DNA of 11,488 bases from Candidatus Eiseniibacteriota bacterium (GCA_031366795.1 JANLOX010000077.1:1-11488); one strand, 5' to 3'; positions 1 to 7,638 are shown, numbered from the stretch's first letter. Numbers and translations: made by a program. The notes: a model not told the origin generated them from the letters alone.

Positions 1-1
1 C

Positions 2-352
2 ATCGAGCGCGAGCTCTGGACGCCCGCGGGCCTGCGCGAAGCTCCCGGAGCGCCCCGCATCGTGCCGCGCTGGATGGGGCATTACCTGAGCGCACTGGTG
101 CGCGCCGAGGGCCGCAGCGATGGCGCGCAGGAACATGCGCGACGCCTCGCGGCAAAGTTCGGCCAGGCGCTCGACGAGCACGCCGCCGGGCAAATGCCCG
201 AGGCGTTCGAGATCGGCGCCGACGCCGCGTTCGATGGCGCGCCGCTGCAGAGCAGCGGGGAGCCCATGGCGCTGGCGGGCACCGCGGAGATGCTGCGGTT
301 CTGGATCGAGGAACTCGACCACGTCGGATCCGAGGCGCCCGCGACGCTGTAG
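2..352 (+). CDS. C-terminal 116 aa (5'-truncated by the window) of a divergent amylo-alpha-1,6-glucosidase / glycogen debranching enzyme (GDE_C-like) protein
   Basis: The frame is open from base 2 to TAG at 350-352, so the track start at 62 is internal. IERELWTPAGLR..IVPRWMGHYLSA..GQMPEAFE..GEPMALAGTAEMLR parallels the family C-terminus ELLTPYGLR..VWPWLxGxF..GxIxEIFD..GCxAQAWSVAExLR. Confidence 0.6.
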   Translation: MERELWTPAGLREAPGAPRIVPRWMGHYLSALVRAEGRSDGAQEHARRLAAKFGQALDEHAAGQMPEAFEIGADAAFDGAPLQSSGEPMALAGTAEMLRFWIEELDHVGSEAPATL

Positions 353-359
353 CTGTCGC

Positions 360-538
360 CGGAGCCAGTGCATCGCGTTCGCAGCCCCGGAATGCGGGAC
401 GATGGGATCGCGTTGGCAGCCCCGTGTTTCGCTGTCACCCCTCGTGGTGTCACCGCCACACTTCGCACGGACCACAGATTCATATTCGGCGGCGCCGCTC
501 CCATTCGCGATCGGCACACGCGATCCGCACTGGAGCCG
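360..538 (+). ncRNA. Candidate structured RNA (long imperfect hairpin), family unassigned
   Basis: 365-378 CCAGTGCATCGCGT pairs with 518-533 ACGCGAT(CC)GCACTGG, extended past a tandem AG/GA mismatch by 360-362 with 536-538. An inner helix pairs ATGGGA (402-407) with TCCCAT (499-504). Pairings were found by eye only. Confidence 0.25.
372..424. repeat. 18-bp direct repeat, two copies
   Basis: ATCGCGTTCGCAGCCCCG (372-389) and ATCGCGTTGGCAGCCCCG (407-424) are 17/18 identical, with a 35-bp period. Confidence 0.8.
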
Positions 539-733
539 CGCCGTTAGTGGCTGTGATACGTGCGCCGACTCGGCCGCGGAGGCTCGCGCGATCGCTGCGC
601 ACCCCCCGGCACGCGCCTTGCCCTGTGTCATCCGTGCGGCTGCCTCCAGACGCGCTTCCGGCGCGCCCCGCCGCCGTGTGCAGAGGGTCTGGTCAGTCCG
701 GACGCCATGGCGGGGGCCGTCGGAGTAAGCCAA

Positions 734-772
734 GACGGCCACTCCTTGAGCCAGAGTGGCCGTCATTGTTGT
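734..772. terminator. Intrinsic terminator-like hairpin between convergent transcription units, possibly bidirectional
   Basis: Perfect 11-bp stem GACGGCCACTC (734-744) / GAGTGGCCGTC (754-764) with a 9-nt loop. It is followed by ATTGTTGT on + and TTGGCTT on -, and lies 24 bp past the minus-strand stop at 789. Confidence 0.75.
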
Positions 773-788
773 GGCGCGCGGGCGCCGC

Positions 789-2843
789 TCAGCGGCTCTT
801 CGCAAGCGCCCTGCTCAGCCGCTCGGCGCGCGTGAGCGAGGCGATATCGCCGTACCACTCGCCATTCGCAGCGCGATCGAGGGCGGCCTGCGCCGACGCC
901 GTGTCGCCCTGGGCGAGCGCGACTTCGGCACCCACCAAGCCTGCGAGCCCGGCGCCCGGATAGAGCCGCTCGAGTGTCGCTGCCGGTTCGCGCGCCAAAC
1001 CGCTAAGACCGTTTGCGGCGCGCGCGCGCGCCCATCCTGCCAGCACGTAGGGGTTGCTCGGCCACAGGCGCGCGGCACTGGCATAGCTCGAGTCCCACGC
1101 GGCGGCGCTGACCGCGTCACCACTGCGCAACCGCTGGAGCAACGCATCGGCGAGGCACTGATGGTTTGCCGCGCGCAGCGGCACGCGCCGGATCGCGGTG
1201 CGCGCCGCCTGCTCGGCGCCCTTGAGCAGCGGCCCCGGGTCGGGCCAGCCGTTGGCCCATTGCATCAGCGCCGAGGCGCGAATGCGCGGACCATGGTCAT
1301 CCCACGGCAGCCGCCGCGTGGCGCGCGCGGCGTCATCGGCGACCGCCGGCCACATGCTTTGCGCCTGCGCCGCGGGCGCTGACGCGGACTCGCGCAATTC
1401 AAGCATGGAGGTGGCGATGGCGCGCGAGCCCATCAGTTCGTTCGCCGCGAATCCCGTCATCACGATAGCCGCAGTCACGCCGGCGATCGCGGCGTTACGT
1501 GGAACTGCGCGCACCGGCGCGCTCGCCGGGGCACGGCGTTCGCGGCGCTCGCGCTTGGGCGGCGCAGATGCGGGCGCGGGCTCCTCAACAGCCGCGGCCG
1601 CATATCCCGCGGCGTTCGCCACATGCGCCGCGAGCAGCGTCGCGATCAACGCACCGGCGATGCCCCAGGCGCCAAACAGCCCCGCCACGACGAGCGCCAC
1701 GCAGGCGCTCGCGGGCGCCACCGCCTGCGCCGCGGCCTCGCCGCCGCGGCGCAGACCATCGCGCAGCGCCATCGCCAGCGTTCCCGCGACAGCGAGTGCG
1801 GCGAGCAGGCCGAGCACCCCACGAGTCGCCATGATCTGCAGCACGATCGAATGCGCGTGTACGGTGACTTCGCCCCACGCGCTCTGCCAGTAGCCGGGCG
1901 TCTGGAATTGTTCCGACATCAGGCCAAACGTGTCCGGTCCCCAGCCGAGCAGCGGCCGCGCGCGCCATGCCGCGAGTGCGGCGCGCCAGATCTCGAGGCG
2001 GCTGCGGCTCGAGCCGCTCGTGGGCGAGACGAAATCCCGAAGTCGCGATCCAAACGCGCCGCCCCATCCCGAGAGCGCTGCAACCCCGGCCAGGCCCAGC
2101 ACCACGAGAGCGATCGCGATCCACGCGCCACGCGGCAACGGACGCGAAGACTGCCCGCGCAGGCCGAGCACGATCGCGGTGATGAGTCCCGCGCCCAACG
2201 CCAGCCATGCGCCGCGAGAAAAGGTGATCGCCGTCGCCGCCGCGAATACCACGAATGCCGCGAGGTGCAGCACCCGCCGTGACGATTCGGCGCGAGCGCG
2301 TGCGACTGCCGCGACGGCGGCGGCGGCGGTGATAACCCCGAGCAGGTTCGGGTGGCCCAACGTACCGAAGGGACGCATGACGCCCGCCAGTTGCGCGCGA
2401 TCCGCGCTGATCGAGATCACGCCCGTCGCCTGCAGGAATGCCCACACGCTGGCGAGGGCAGCTCCAGCGAACCACACATCGAAGGTGCGCCGCGCATCGG
2501 CAGGCTCCCGGCAATCGAGCCGCGCGGCGGCGTAGACGCCCGCGAAAGCGAGCGAGCTCAGCAGGCCTTCATGCTGTTCCTGTTCGCCGAACACGCTGAG
2601 CAACGGAGCACTCGAGCACAGCGTGGCGAGACACTCGACGCCGAGCCACGCCATCACCGCGAGATCGAGCGGCGAGCGCAGGCGAGCGCGCAATTCGCCG
2701 CCCCGCGCGAGAGCCATCGCCAGCAGCCCGACGCCCGCCACGCGCAGCGCTTCAGCCTTGGCGGTTTCGGAGTACTCGACCATTCGGGCGCCCACGACCA
2801 CGAGCACTGCGAACAGGGTCAGCCACAGGACGCGACGGGTCAC
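789..2843 (-). CDS. O-antigen ligase / O-oligosaccharyltransferase family (Wzy_C) polytopic membrane protein with C-terminal TPR-like helical domain, 684 aa
   Basis: Motifs RPFGTLGHPNLLG, TFSRGAWLAL, SRLEIWRAALAAWRARPLLGWGPDTF and HAHSIVLQIMATRGVLG, plus many hydrophobic segments and a TPR-like Ala/Pro-periodic C-terminus. I place the start at GTG 2843, which overlaps the asmA stop (GTGA); the upstream 146 codons in the track are an off-frame read of asmA. Confidence 0.88.
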   Translation of the reverse strand: MTRRVLWLTLFAVLVVVGARMVEYSETAKAEALRVAGVGLLAMALARGGELRARLRSPLDLAVMAWLGVECLATLCSSAPLLSVFGEQEQHEGLLSSLAFAGVYAAARLDCREPADARRTFDVWFAGAALASVWAFLQATGVISISADRAQLAGVMRPFGTLGHPNLLGVITAAAAVAAVARARAESSRRVLHLAAFVVFAAATAITFSRGAWLALGAGLITAIVLGLRGQSSRPLPRGAWIAIALVVLGLAGVAALSGWGGAFGSRLRDFVSPTSGSSRSRLEIWRAALAAWRARPLLGWGPDTFGLMSEQFQTPGYWQSAWGEVTVHAHSIVLQIMATRGVLGLLAALAVAGTLAMALRDGLRRGGEAAAQAVAPASACVALVVAGLFGAWGIAGALIATLLAAHVANAAGYAAAAVEEPAPASAPPKRERRERRAPASAPVRAVPRNAAIAGVTAAIVMTGFAANELMGSRAIATSMLELRESASAPAAQAQSMWPAVADDAARATRRLPWDDHGPRIRASALMQWANGWPDPGPLLKGAEQAARTAIRRVPLRAANHQCLADALLQRLRSGDAVSAAAWDSSYASAARLWPSNPYVLAGWARARAANGLSGLAREPAATLERLYPGAGLAGLVGAEVALAQGDTASAQAALDRAANGEWYGDIASLTRAERLSRALAKSR

Positions 2844-5404
2844 GGCTTGGTCTGTGCCGTGTCCTTGTTGCCGCCGCCGAAGAACCCGCGCAACAGGTCG
2901 CCCGCCTTGTGCCGCACGCTGTCCTTCACCGCTTGCTCGAGCCGGGCAGCCGTGCGGCGCAAGCTGTCCGCCGCCATCTGCTGGCGTTCCTGTGCGGCCT
3001 GCCGAAGCTCGCCCTCGAGCTTCTGCTGTTGGGCTTGCAGGGCCTGGGACACGCGCCCTTCGACGCGGTCCTTCATGGCTCCGGCGTCCCACGTCACGCG
3101 CGGCGACTTCGCCGTGCCCCCGACATGCAGATCGAGCAGCACGTTGCCCTGCGCATCCGACAGCGCGCCCGCCGCCAGCGCCGAACGGGCGCTGATCGCC
3201 TGCGTCACCGACTGCGGCAGCGTGGCGCTGACAGCGTAGTCGAGTGCCCCGTCGAAGCCCACCGCACCCGCGATCCGCCATTCGCCGTAGCTGCCGTGGA
3301 GCACCACCGGATCGTTTATGACGCGGCCACGCTCCACGTGGAAGGGCAGCTTGGCGTCATCGAAGTGCAGCCGCTCGAGCGCTGGGATCTTGACGACCTT
3401 CGCAATCTCGGCGAGCACCGGCCCGGGTCCCAGCTGGCCGCGCAGCATCTGCGCCACGCCAATCGCGGTGAGCGAACGCATCATCTGTTCGAGAGTGGCA
3501 CCCGAGACCGAGAAATCGAGTGTCGTGTTGAGCGAGCCCTGCAGGAAGTTCTTCGCCGGCGTCCACGTCGAGAGCAAGTCGTTCGCCGACAGGCCGTCGA
3601 GCTTCGCCTTGAGCGTCACCGCGGGATTGGCCGGATCGCGCAGGTCGAGTCGCGCGCTGCCGCCCACGTCGCCACCGTAAGCATGCGCCGAGAACGCGGG
3701 CGCGTTGATGGTGCCGGGCTCGAGCGTGACCGTCGCACGCACCGCGGCCACGTCGAGCTTCTGGTTGACCAGGCGATCGATCGCGACGCGCCCGCCGCCC
3801 GTGGCGTTGAGCACGACCAGCGGTCCGGACTGGGGCGGCAGCACCTCCGCCAGGTCCAATCGTGGCGAGCGGAAGTCGAATTCGACATTCGAGGGCGCCG
3901 CGGTCCCGGGCTTGGCCAGCAACGCCAACGGTCGCGTCGCCTTGGCGGACAGCACGAACGAACTGGTGCCGGCCTTGGCGGTCAACCCCTCGACCTGCGC
4001 ATTGCCGGCGTCGAACGCGATGCGCCCGTTGATGGCCTCGATCGGCTTCGCGATCAGCGGCGAGGCGACGCTCACCTGCGCCAGCGTCGCCGTTCCCCCA
4101 AGCACCAGCGTGCCCGGATCCTTGGCGCGGCCACGCCCATTCACGTTGAGCGCGACAGCCCCTTCGAGCTTCGTGTCCTTCGGCGCCATCATCGGCGCCA
4201 CGACCGCGAGATCGAGATTGCCCTGCACATCGAACACCACCAGCGGATCCTTGAAGCGCACCAGCGACAGGCGGGCCTGCACCGGTTGGCCCTGCACGCG
4301 CGCGGTCAGCTTGCCGATCCCTAACGAGTCCGGCGCGAAGCGCGCGGTGAAGTTGAGTGCGTCCACTCCCGCGGGCGCTCCGGGATAGCGGAACGAGGCA
4401 TCGGCTACGCTCAGCGTACCTTGCACGGTCTTCGCGGCATCGGGGCCAAGACTGCCGCGAATCGCCAGGTCGAAGTCGAGCCGGCCCGAACCCTTCACGC
4501 CGTGAAGTGCGGCGGCATCCGCGGCGGCGAGCGCCGACAGCACTTCGCCGAAGTCGATATGTTCGCCGCGCGCGCGCAGGTCGAGGCGCGCCATGGGGCC
4601 GGGCTCATCGACGACACCGACGAGCCCGAGTTTGGCGCTTCCCAGTCCCAGGTCGAGCCGCTCGAGCGCCAGCCGCTTACGGCCAGTGTCGAACACGCCC
4701 TTGTGCGTAGCGGTGAACGTGAGCTTGGCGAGCGTTCCGTTGAGGTCCGACAGCCGCGCGTCTGTGAGTTTGCCGAAGGCGTAGTGCGACAATTGCGTCG
4801 TTCCCGAGGTCGCAAATTGCTTGCCCTGCTGCTGGGTCGACAACGCGATATGCGAATCGATGACCAGCGTGCGTCGCGCGCCCACCTTCATGTCGTCGAC
4901 CAGCACACGCGCGCGCCGCAGCGAGAGTTCGTCGACGGTGAAGTCCATCGCCGCCTCGGCTGTTTGCGACGGCGGGGCGGCCTTCAAGATATTATCGAGA
5001 TTCGTGGTGCCATCGCGCTTGAGCACGAGGTGCAGGTTGGGCTCCTCGAGCGTCAGGCGTTTGACCACGACGCGGCGCGACAGCAGCGCGAACACGTCGA
5101 GATCGAGTTCGAGCGCCTTGCACTGGAGTGCTGCGCCATTGCCGAAGCCACCGGCCTCCGAGAGCACCAACCCGCTGACGGTCAGCCGCACCGGTGGGAA
5201 GAGGCCGAGCCCGGCGCTGGAAAATCGCACCTCGCGGTTCAGGCGCTGCGAGAGTTGAGTCTGGACGAGCGCGCGCACTTTTGCGGGCGGGAACAGAATG
5301 GCCAGCGCGCCCCACGCGAGGGCAACCACGGCGACGACAGCGACCACCACGACCAGCAGCCCACGCAGCGGATTTTTTGTCTTCGCAAGAGCGGAATCAT
5401 TCAT
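2840..5404 (-). CDS. AsmA-family (bridge-like, beta-taco) envelope protein, ~854 aa
   Basis: Single N-terminal TM anchor, then a typical AsmA N-terminus (QLSQRLNREV..LGLFPPVRLTVSGL..ALLSRRVVVKRLTLEEPNLHL..DGTTNLDNI), a long repetitive beta-strand body, and C-terminal LHVGGTAKSPRVTWD plus amphipathic helices ending LLRGFFGG. Start is 5404 or 5413. Confidence 0.88.
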   Translation of the reverse strand: MNDSALAKTKNPLRGLLVVVVAVVAVVALAWGALAILFPPAKVRALVQTQLSQRLNREVRFSSAGLGLFPPVRLTVSGLVLSEAGGFGNGAALQCKALELDLDVFALLSRRVVVKRLTLEEPNLHLVLKRDGTTNLDNILKAAPPSQTAEAAMDFTVDELSLRRARVLVDDMKVGARRTLVIDSHIALSTQQQGKQFATSGTTQLSHYAFGKLTDARLSDLNGTLAKLTFTATHKGVFDTGRKRLALERLDLGLGSAKLGLVGVVDEPGPMARLDLRARGEHIDFGEVLSALAAADAAALHGVKGSGRLDFDLAIRGSLGPDAAKTVQGTLSVADASFRYPGAPAGVDALNFTARFAPDSLGIGKLTARVQGQPVQARLSLVRFKDPLVVFDVQGNLDLAVVAPMMAPKDTKLEGAVALNVNGRGRAKDPGTLVLGGTATLAQVSVASPLIAKPIEAINGRIAFDAGNAQVEGLTAKAGTSSFVLSAKATRPLALLAKPGTAAPSNVEFDFRSPRLDLAEVLPPQSGPLVVLNATGGGRVAIDRLVNQKLDVAAVRATVTLEPGTINAPAFSAHAYGGDVGGSARLDLRDPANPAVTLKAKLDGLSANDLLSTWTPAKNFLQGSLNTTLDFSVSGATLEQMMRSLTAIGVAQMLRGQLGPGPVLAEIAKVVKIPALERLHFDDAKLPFHVERGRVINDPVVLHGSYGEWRIAGAVGFDGALDYAVSATLPQSVTQAISARSALAAGALSDAQGNVLLDLHVGGTAKSPRVTWDAGAMKDRVEGRVSQALQAQQQKLEGELRQAAQERQQMAADSLRRTAARLEQAVKDSVRHKAGDLLRGFFGGGNKDTAQTKP

Positions 5405-5411
5405 GCGCGAC

Positions 5412-5420
5412 ATTCTGCCA
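5412..5420 (-). promoter_or_regulatory. Putative extended -10 element for a leaderless asmA transcript
   Basis: The minus strand reads TG-G-CAGAAT, then 7 nt, then ATG at 5404. There is no Shine-Dalgarno upstream. Confidence 0.35.
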
Positions 5421-5536
5421 CAGCCACACCCGCGGGCGGCAGGCGGCGGGCGCATCATCGGCCACCGCGCCCCTTTCCACGCGCCACACGGCGCGCCCCT
5501 CGTGCGACAGCGCCCGCGCGCATGCTGTAGGCTCCG

Positions 5537-6199
5537 ATGCCTATGAACCCCGCCGAACCCGCAGCCCTCACTGAGCTACTTCGCTCGCGGCTCGTCGCCG
5601 TGATCCGCGCCGCCACGCCGGCAGCCGCACTCGCGGCCTCGCATGCCGTCGCCGATGGCGGCCTGACGCTGATCGAGGTCACCTATTCCGTGCCGGATGC
5701 GCCGCGGGTGATGCGCGAACTCAGCGCGCGCGAGGGCATCGTCGTGGGCGCAGGAACCGTGCTCACGCGCGACCAGGCGCGGGCGGCGCTCGATGCCGGA
5801 GCGCGCTTCATCATCGCGCCGAACTTCTCCGCCGCGGTGGCACAGGAGGCGCTGTCCGCCGGCGTCATGTATTGCCCCGGCGCCTACACCACGACCGAGA
5901 TCATCACCGCGCGCGATGCGGGCGCGCATGTGCTCAAAGTGTACCCCGTGGGCATCGCGGGCGGGCCAGCCTACATCCAGGTCATCCGCGATCCGCTGCC
6001 GGACATTCCCCTGCTCGCCGCGGGCGGCACGAATCTCGACAACGTCCTGCCGTTCCTGAACGCCGGCTGTGTCGGTGTGGGCCTTGGCGCCTCACTGGCG
6101 GACCCGAAGCTTGCCGCCGCGGGGGATGTGGCAGAGATCACGCGCCGCGCCCGCGCCTTCGCAGGCATCGTCGCCGCAATACCTCCCGCGCGCGCATGA
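5537..6199 (+). CDS. Class I KDPG/KHG/KDPGal aldolase family protein (Eda/DgoA family)
   Basis: VAVIR, IEVT (catalytic Glu), VGAGTVL, GARFIIAP, PGAYTTTEI, LKVYP (Schiff-base Lys, 5936-5938), GGPAYI and AAGG. Start is 5537 or 5543. The stop overlaps the next start (ATGA). No symbol is given because the substrate is ambiguous. Confidence 0.93.
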   Translation: MPMNPAEPAALTELLRSRLVAVIRAATPAAALAASHAVADGGLTLIEVTYSVPDAPRVMRELSAREGIVVGAGTVLTRDQARAALDAGARFIIAPNFSAAVAQEALSAGVMYCPGAYTTTEIITARDAGAHVLKVYPVGIAGGPAYIQVIRDPLPDIPLLAAGGTNLDNVLPFLNAGCVGVGLGASLADPKLAAAGDVAEITRRARAFAGIVAAIPPARA

Positions 6200-7482
6200 G
6201 CGCGTCGCGTTGGACGTGGTCGAGCGGGCGGCTGCGCCCCTTCGCGGCCGCGATCACGGCTGCGGCCTGCATCCTGTTGGCGTTGGCGGCCGCACCCCAG
6301 CGCGCGCATGCCGGCACGGAAGAGTGGTCCACGTTCGATCCTGAGGCGGAGGAACTCGACGACGAGAGCACCATCGACCACATCTTGAACCGCCCGCAGC
6401 CACAGTGGCGCGACGCCTGGGAACATTCCTCGCACGCCTTCCGCACCTCGCAGGGCTGCCTCACGGCGGGCGTGTGGTACATCCAATCGGAGCTCAAGCT
6501 CGACACCCCGCTCGGCAAGCGCGCGGAGTTCGGGCTGTACTACCGCCAGAACGAGACCGACGCCGAATCATTCAACTACGCCGACTTCCAGCTGCGCTAC
6601 CACACGCGCTGGGGCGCGCCCGGCGGTTGGTTCCGGCCGCTGAAGGACAAGAGCCGCCAGGACTTCGCGCTGACGTGGGCCGCCGGCTCCGACACCTCGG
6701 CCGAGCAACTCGAGCTGGCGTTCTCGCTCGAAGACGTGTTCAACAACCTGTGGGCGTTCCGCCAGACGCAGGTTGGCGGGCTGTCCGAGCCCTACAAGCG
6801 CCGCCCTTATGAGCCGGGCATCCGCTGGGTGTCGCGCCACGATCACCTGCGCGCGGAAGTGTCGGGGCGCTGGCTGACGCCGAGCCGCAAGCGCGTTATC
6901 GACTACAACAAGCCCGATCCCGACCGCGTGGTAACGCTGTGGGGAACACTCGCCGAAGGCTCCCTCGAACTGCGCACGGGTGTGTGGCTGTGGCAGCTCG
7001 CCACGGCGAACCAGCAGGCGCGCAGCACCGACGCGCCCCTCGACAACTCAGCGGGGAACGCGCTGAACTTCCGCCGCCGCTGGTCGGCCGAGGCCGCGGT
7101 CGGGCGCCCCATCGTCCCGGCGCTCACCGCGGAACTTCGCGTGCTCTACCAGGATCGCGATGCGCGGCGGGATCCGCCGATCGGGCCCACGGAATTCGGC
7201 GCGCTCGATCGTGTGGCGATGCTCAGCCTGCATTGGCAGGCGCGGCCCACGCTGGGCGTCAAAGTGGGTGGCATGTTCGACCGGGTCAACGTGGGCGAGC
7301 AGGGCCCCTACCGGCCGCACAGCGATGGAACCCGCAACGAATCGCGCGGGTTCGTCGGGTTGGACCTGCGCTTCGGTAATGTGACGTTCTCCGGCTACGA
7401 GGGCATCGAACTCGATCCCGAGCGCTACCCGGTATGGCACCACCACGACAAGGGATTCCTGTCGATGCAGGCGAAGTTCTGA
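6196..7482 (+). CDS. Hypothetical exported protein, probable outer-membrane beta-barrel, 428 aa
   Basis: ATG 6196 overlaps the aldolase stop. Signal peptide ends AHA. Many alternating amphipathic aromatic strands (AEFGLYYRQ, ADFQLRY, WSAEAAVG, LTAELRVLY, LGVKVGGMF, GFVGLDLRF) and a C-terminal beta-signal FLSMQAKF. Confidence 0.75.
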   Translation: MSASRWTWSSGRLRPFAAAITAAACILLALAAAPQRAHAGTEEWSTFDPEAEELDDESTIDHILNRPQPQWRDAWEHSSHAFRTSQGCLTAGVWYIQSELKLDTPLGKRAEFGLYYRQNETDAESFNYADFQLRYHTRWGAPGGWFRPLKDKSRQDFALTWAAGSDTSAEQLELAFSLEDVFNNLWAFRQTQVGGLSEPYKRRPYEPGIRWVSRHDHLRAEVSGRWLTPSRKRVIDYNKPDPDRVVTLWGTLAEGSLELRTGVWLWQLATANQQARSTDAPLDNSAGNALNFRRRWSAEAAVGRPIVPALTAELRVLYQDRDARRDPPIGPTEFGALDRVAMLSLHWQARPTLGVKVGGMFDRVNVGEQGPYRPHSDGTRNESRGFVGLDLRFGNVTFSGYEGIELDPERYPVWHHHDKGFLSMQAKF

Positions 7483-7505
7483 CCGCGCTCGCCCGCCCCC
7501 ACATG

Positions 7506-7538
7506 GCGTTCGCCGCGCGTCGCGCGAAGGCGGAACGC
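7506..7538 (+). terminator. Imperfect GC hairpin after the barrel gene, possible weak terminator
   Basis: GCGTTC-GCC-GCGC (7506-7518) pairs with GCGC-(GAA)-GGC-(G)-GAACGC (7522-7538), followed by GGTGTTCTT. Confidence 0.35.
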
Positions 7539-7545
7539 GGTGTTC

Positions 7546-7575
7546 TTGCCTCATCCACACTTCGGCGGCTATCGT
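7546..7575 (+). promoter_or_regulatory. Putative sigma70-type promoter for the ompA-family gene
   Basis: TTGCCT (7546-7551), 18-nt spacer, TATCGT (7570-7575). Shine-Dalgarno GGAGG at 7629-7633. Confidence 0.45.
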
Positions 7576-7638
7576 CCTGACCTCGTTGCGCGTCCCGACA
7601 TTGCGCGGATCGCGCTTAGGCTTTGATTGGAGGCTTTC

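Noticed and set aside
372..424. CRISPR array interpretation of the direct repeats
   Set aside because: Only two 18-bp copies with a 17-nt spacer, and no cas genes in the window.
620..733. Known riboswitch or SRP RNA (fragments such as GTCTGGTC, GAGGGTCTGG, TCAGTCCGG)
   Set aside because: The remaining conserved cores of ykkC, SAM-I and SRP RNA are absent, and there is no same-strand downstream gene.
82..963. ORFs crossing the 353-788 intergenic region (82-519 -, 120-728, 424-963, 560-835)
   Set aside because: Arg/Ala/Pro/Ser-rich translations with no convincing RBS or domain; they overlap real genes or run through the terminator.
2844..3281. N-terminal extension of the 830-aa minus ORF
   Set aside because: It overlaps the asmA 3' end in another frame and is Arg/Gly-rich noise. 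The GTGA-coupled start at 2843 gives a sensible membrane-protein N-terminus.
5872..6195. N-terminal extension of the 536-aa ORF
   Set aside because: It is an off-frame read of the aldolase. The signal peptide starts at ATG 6196.
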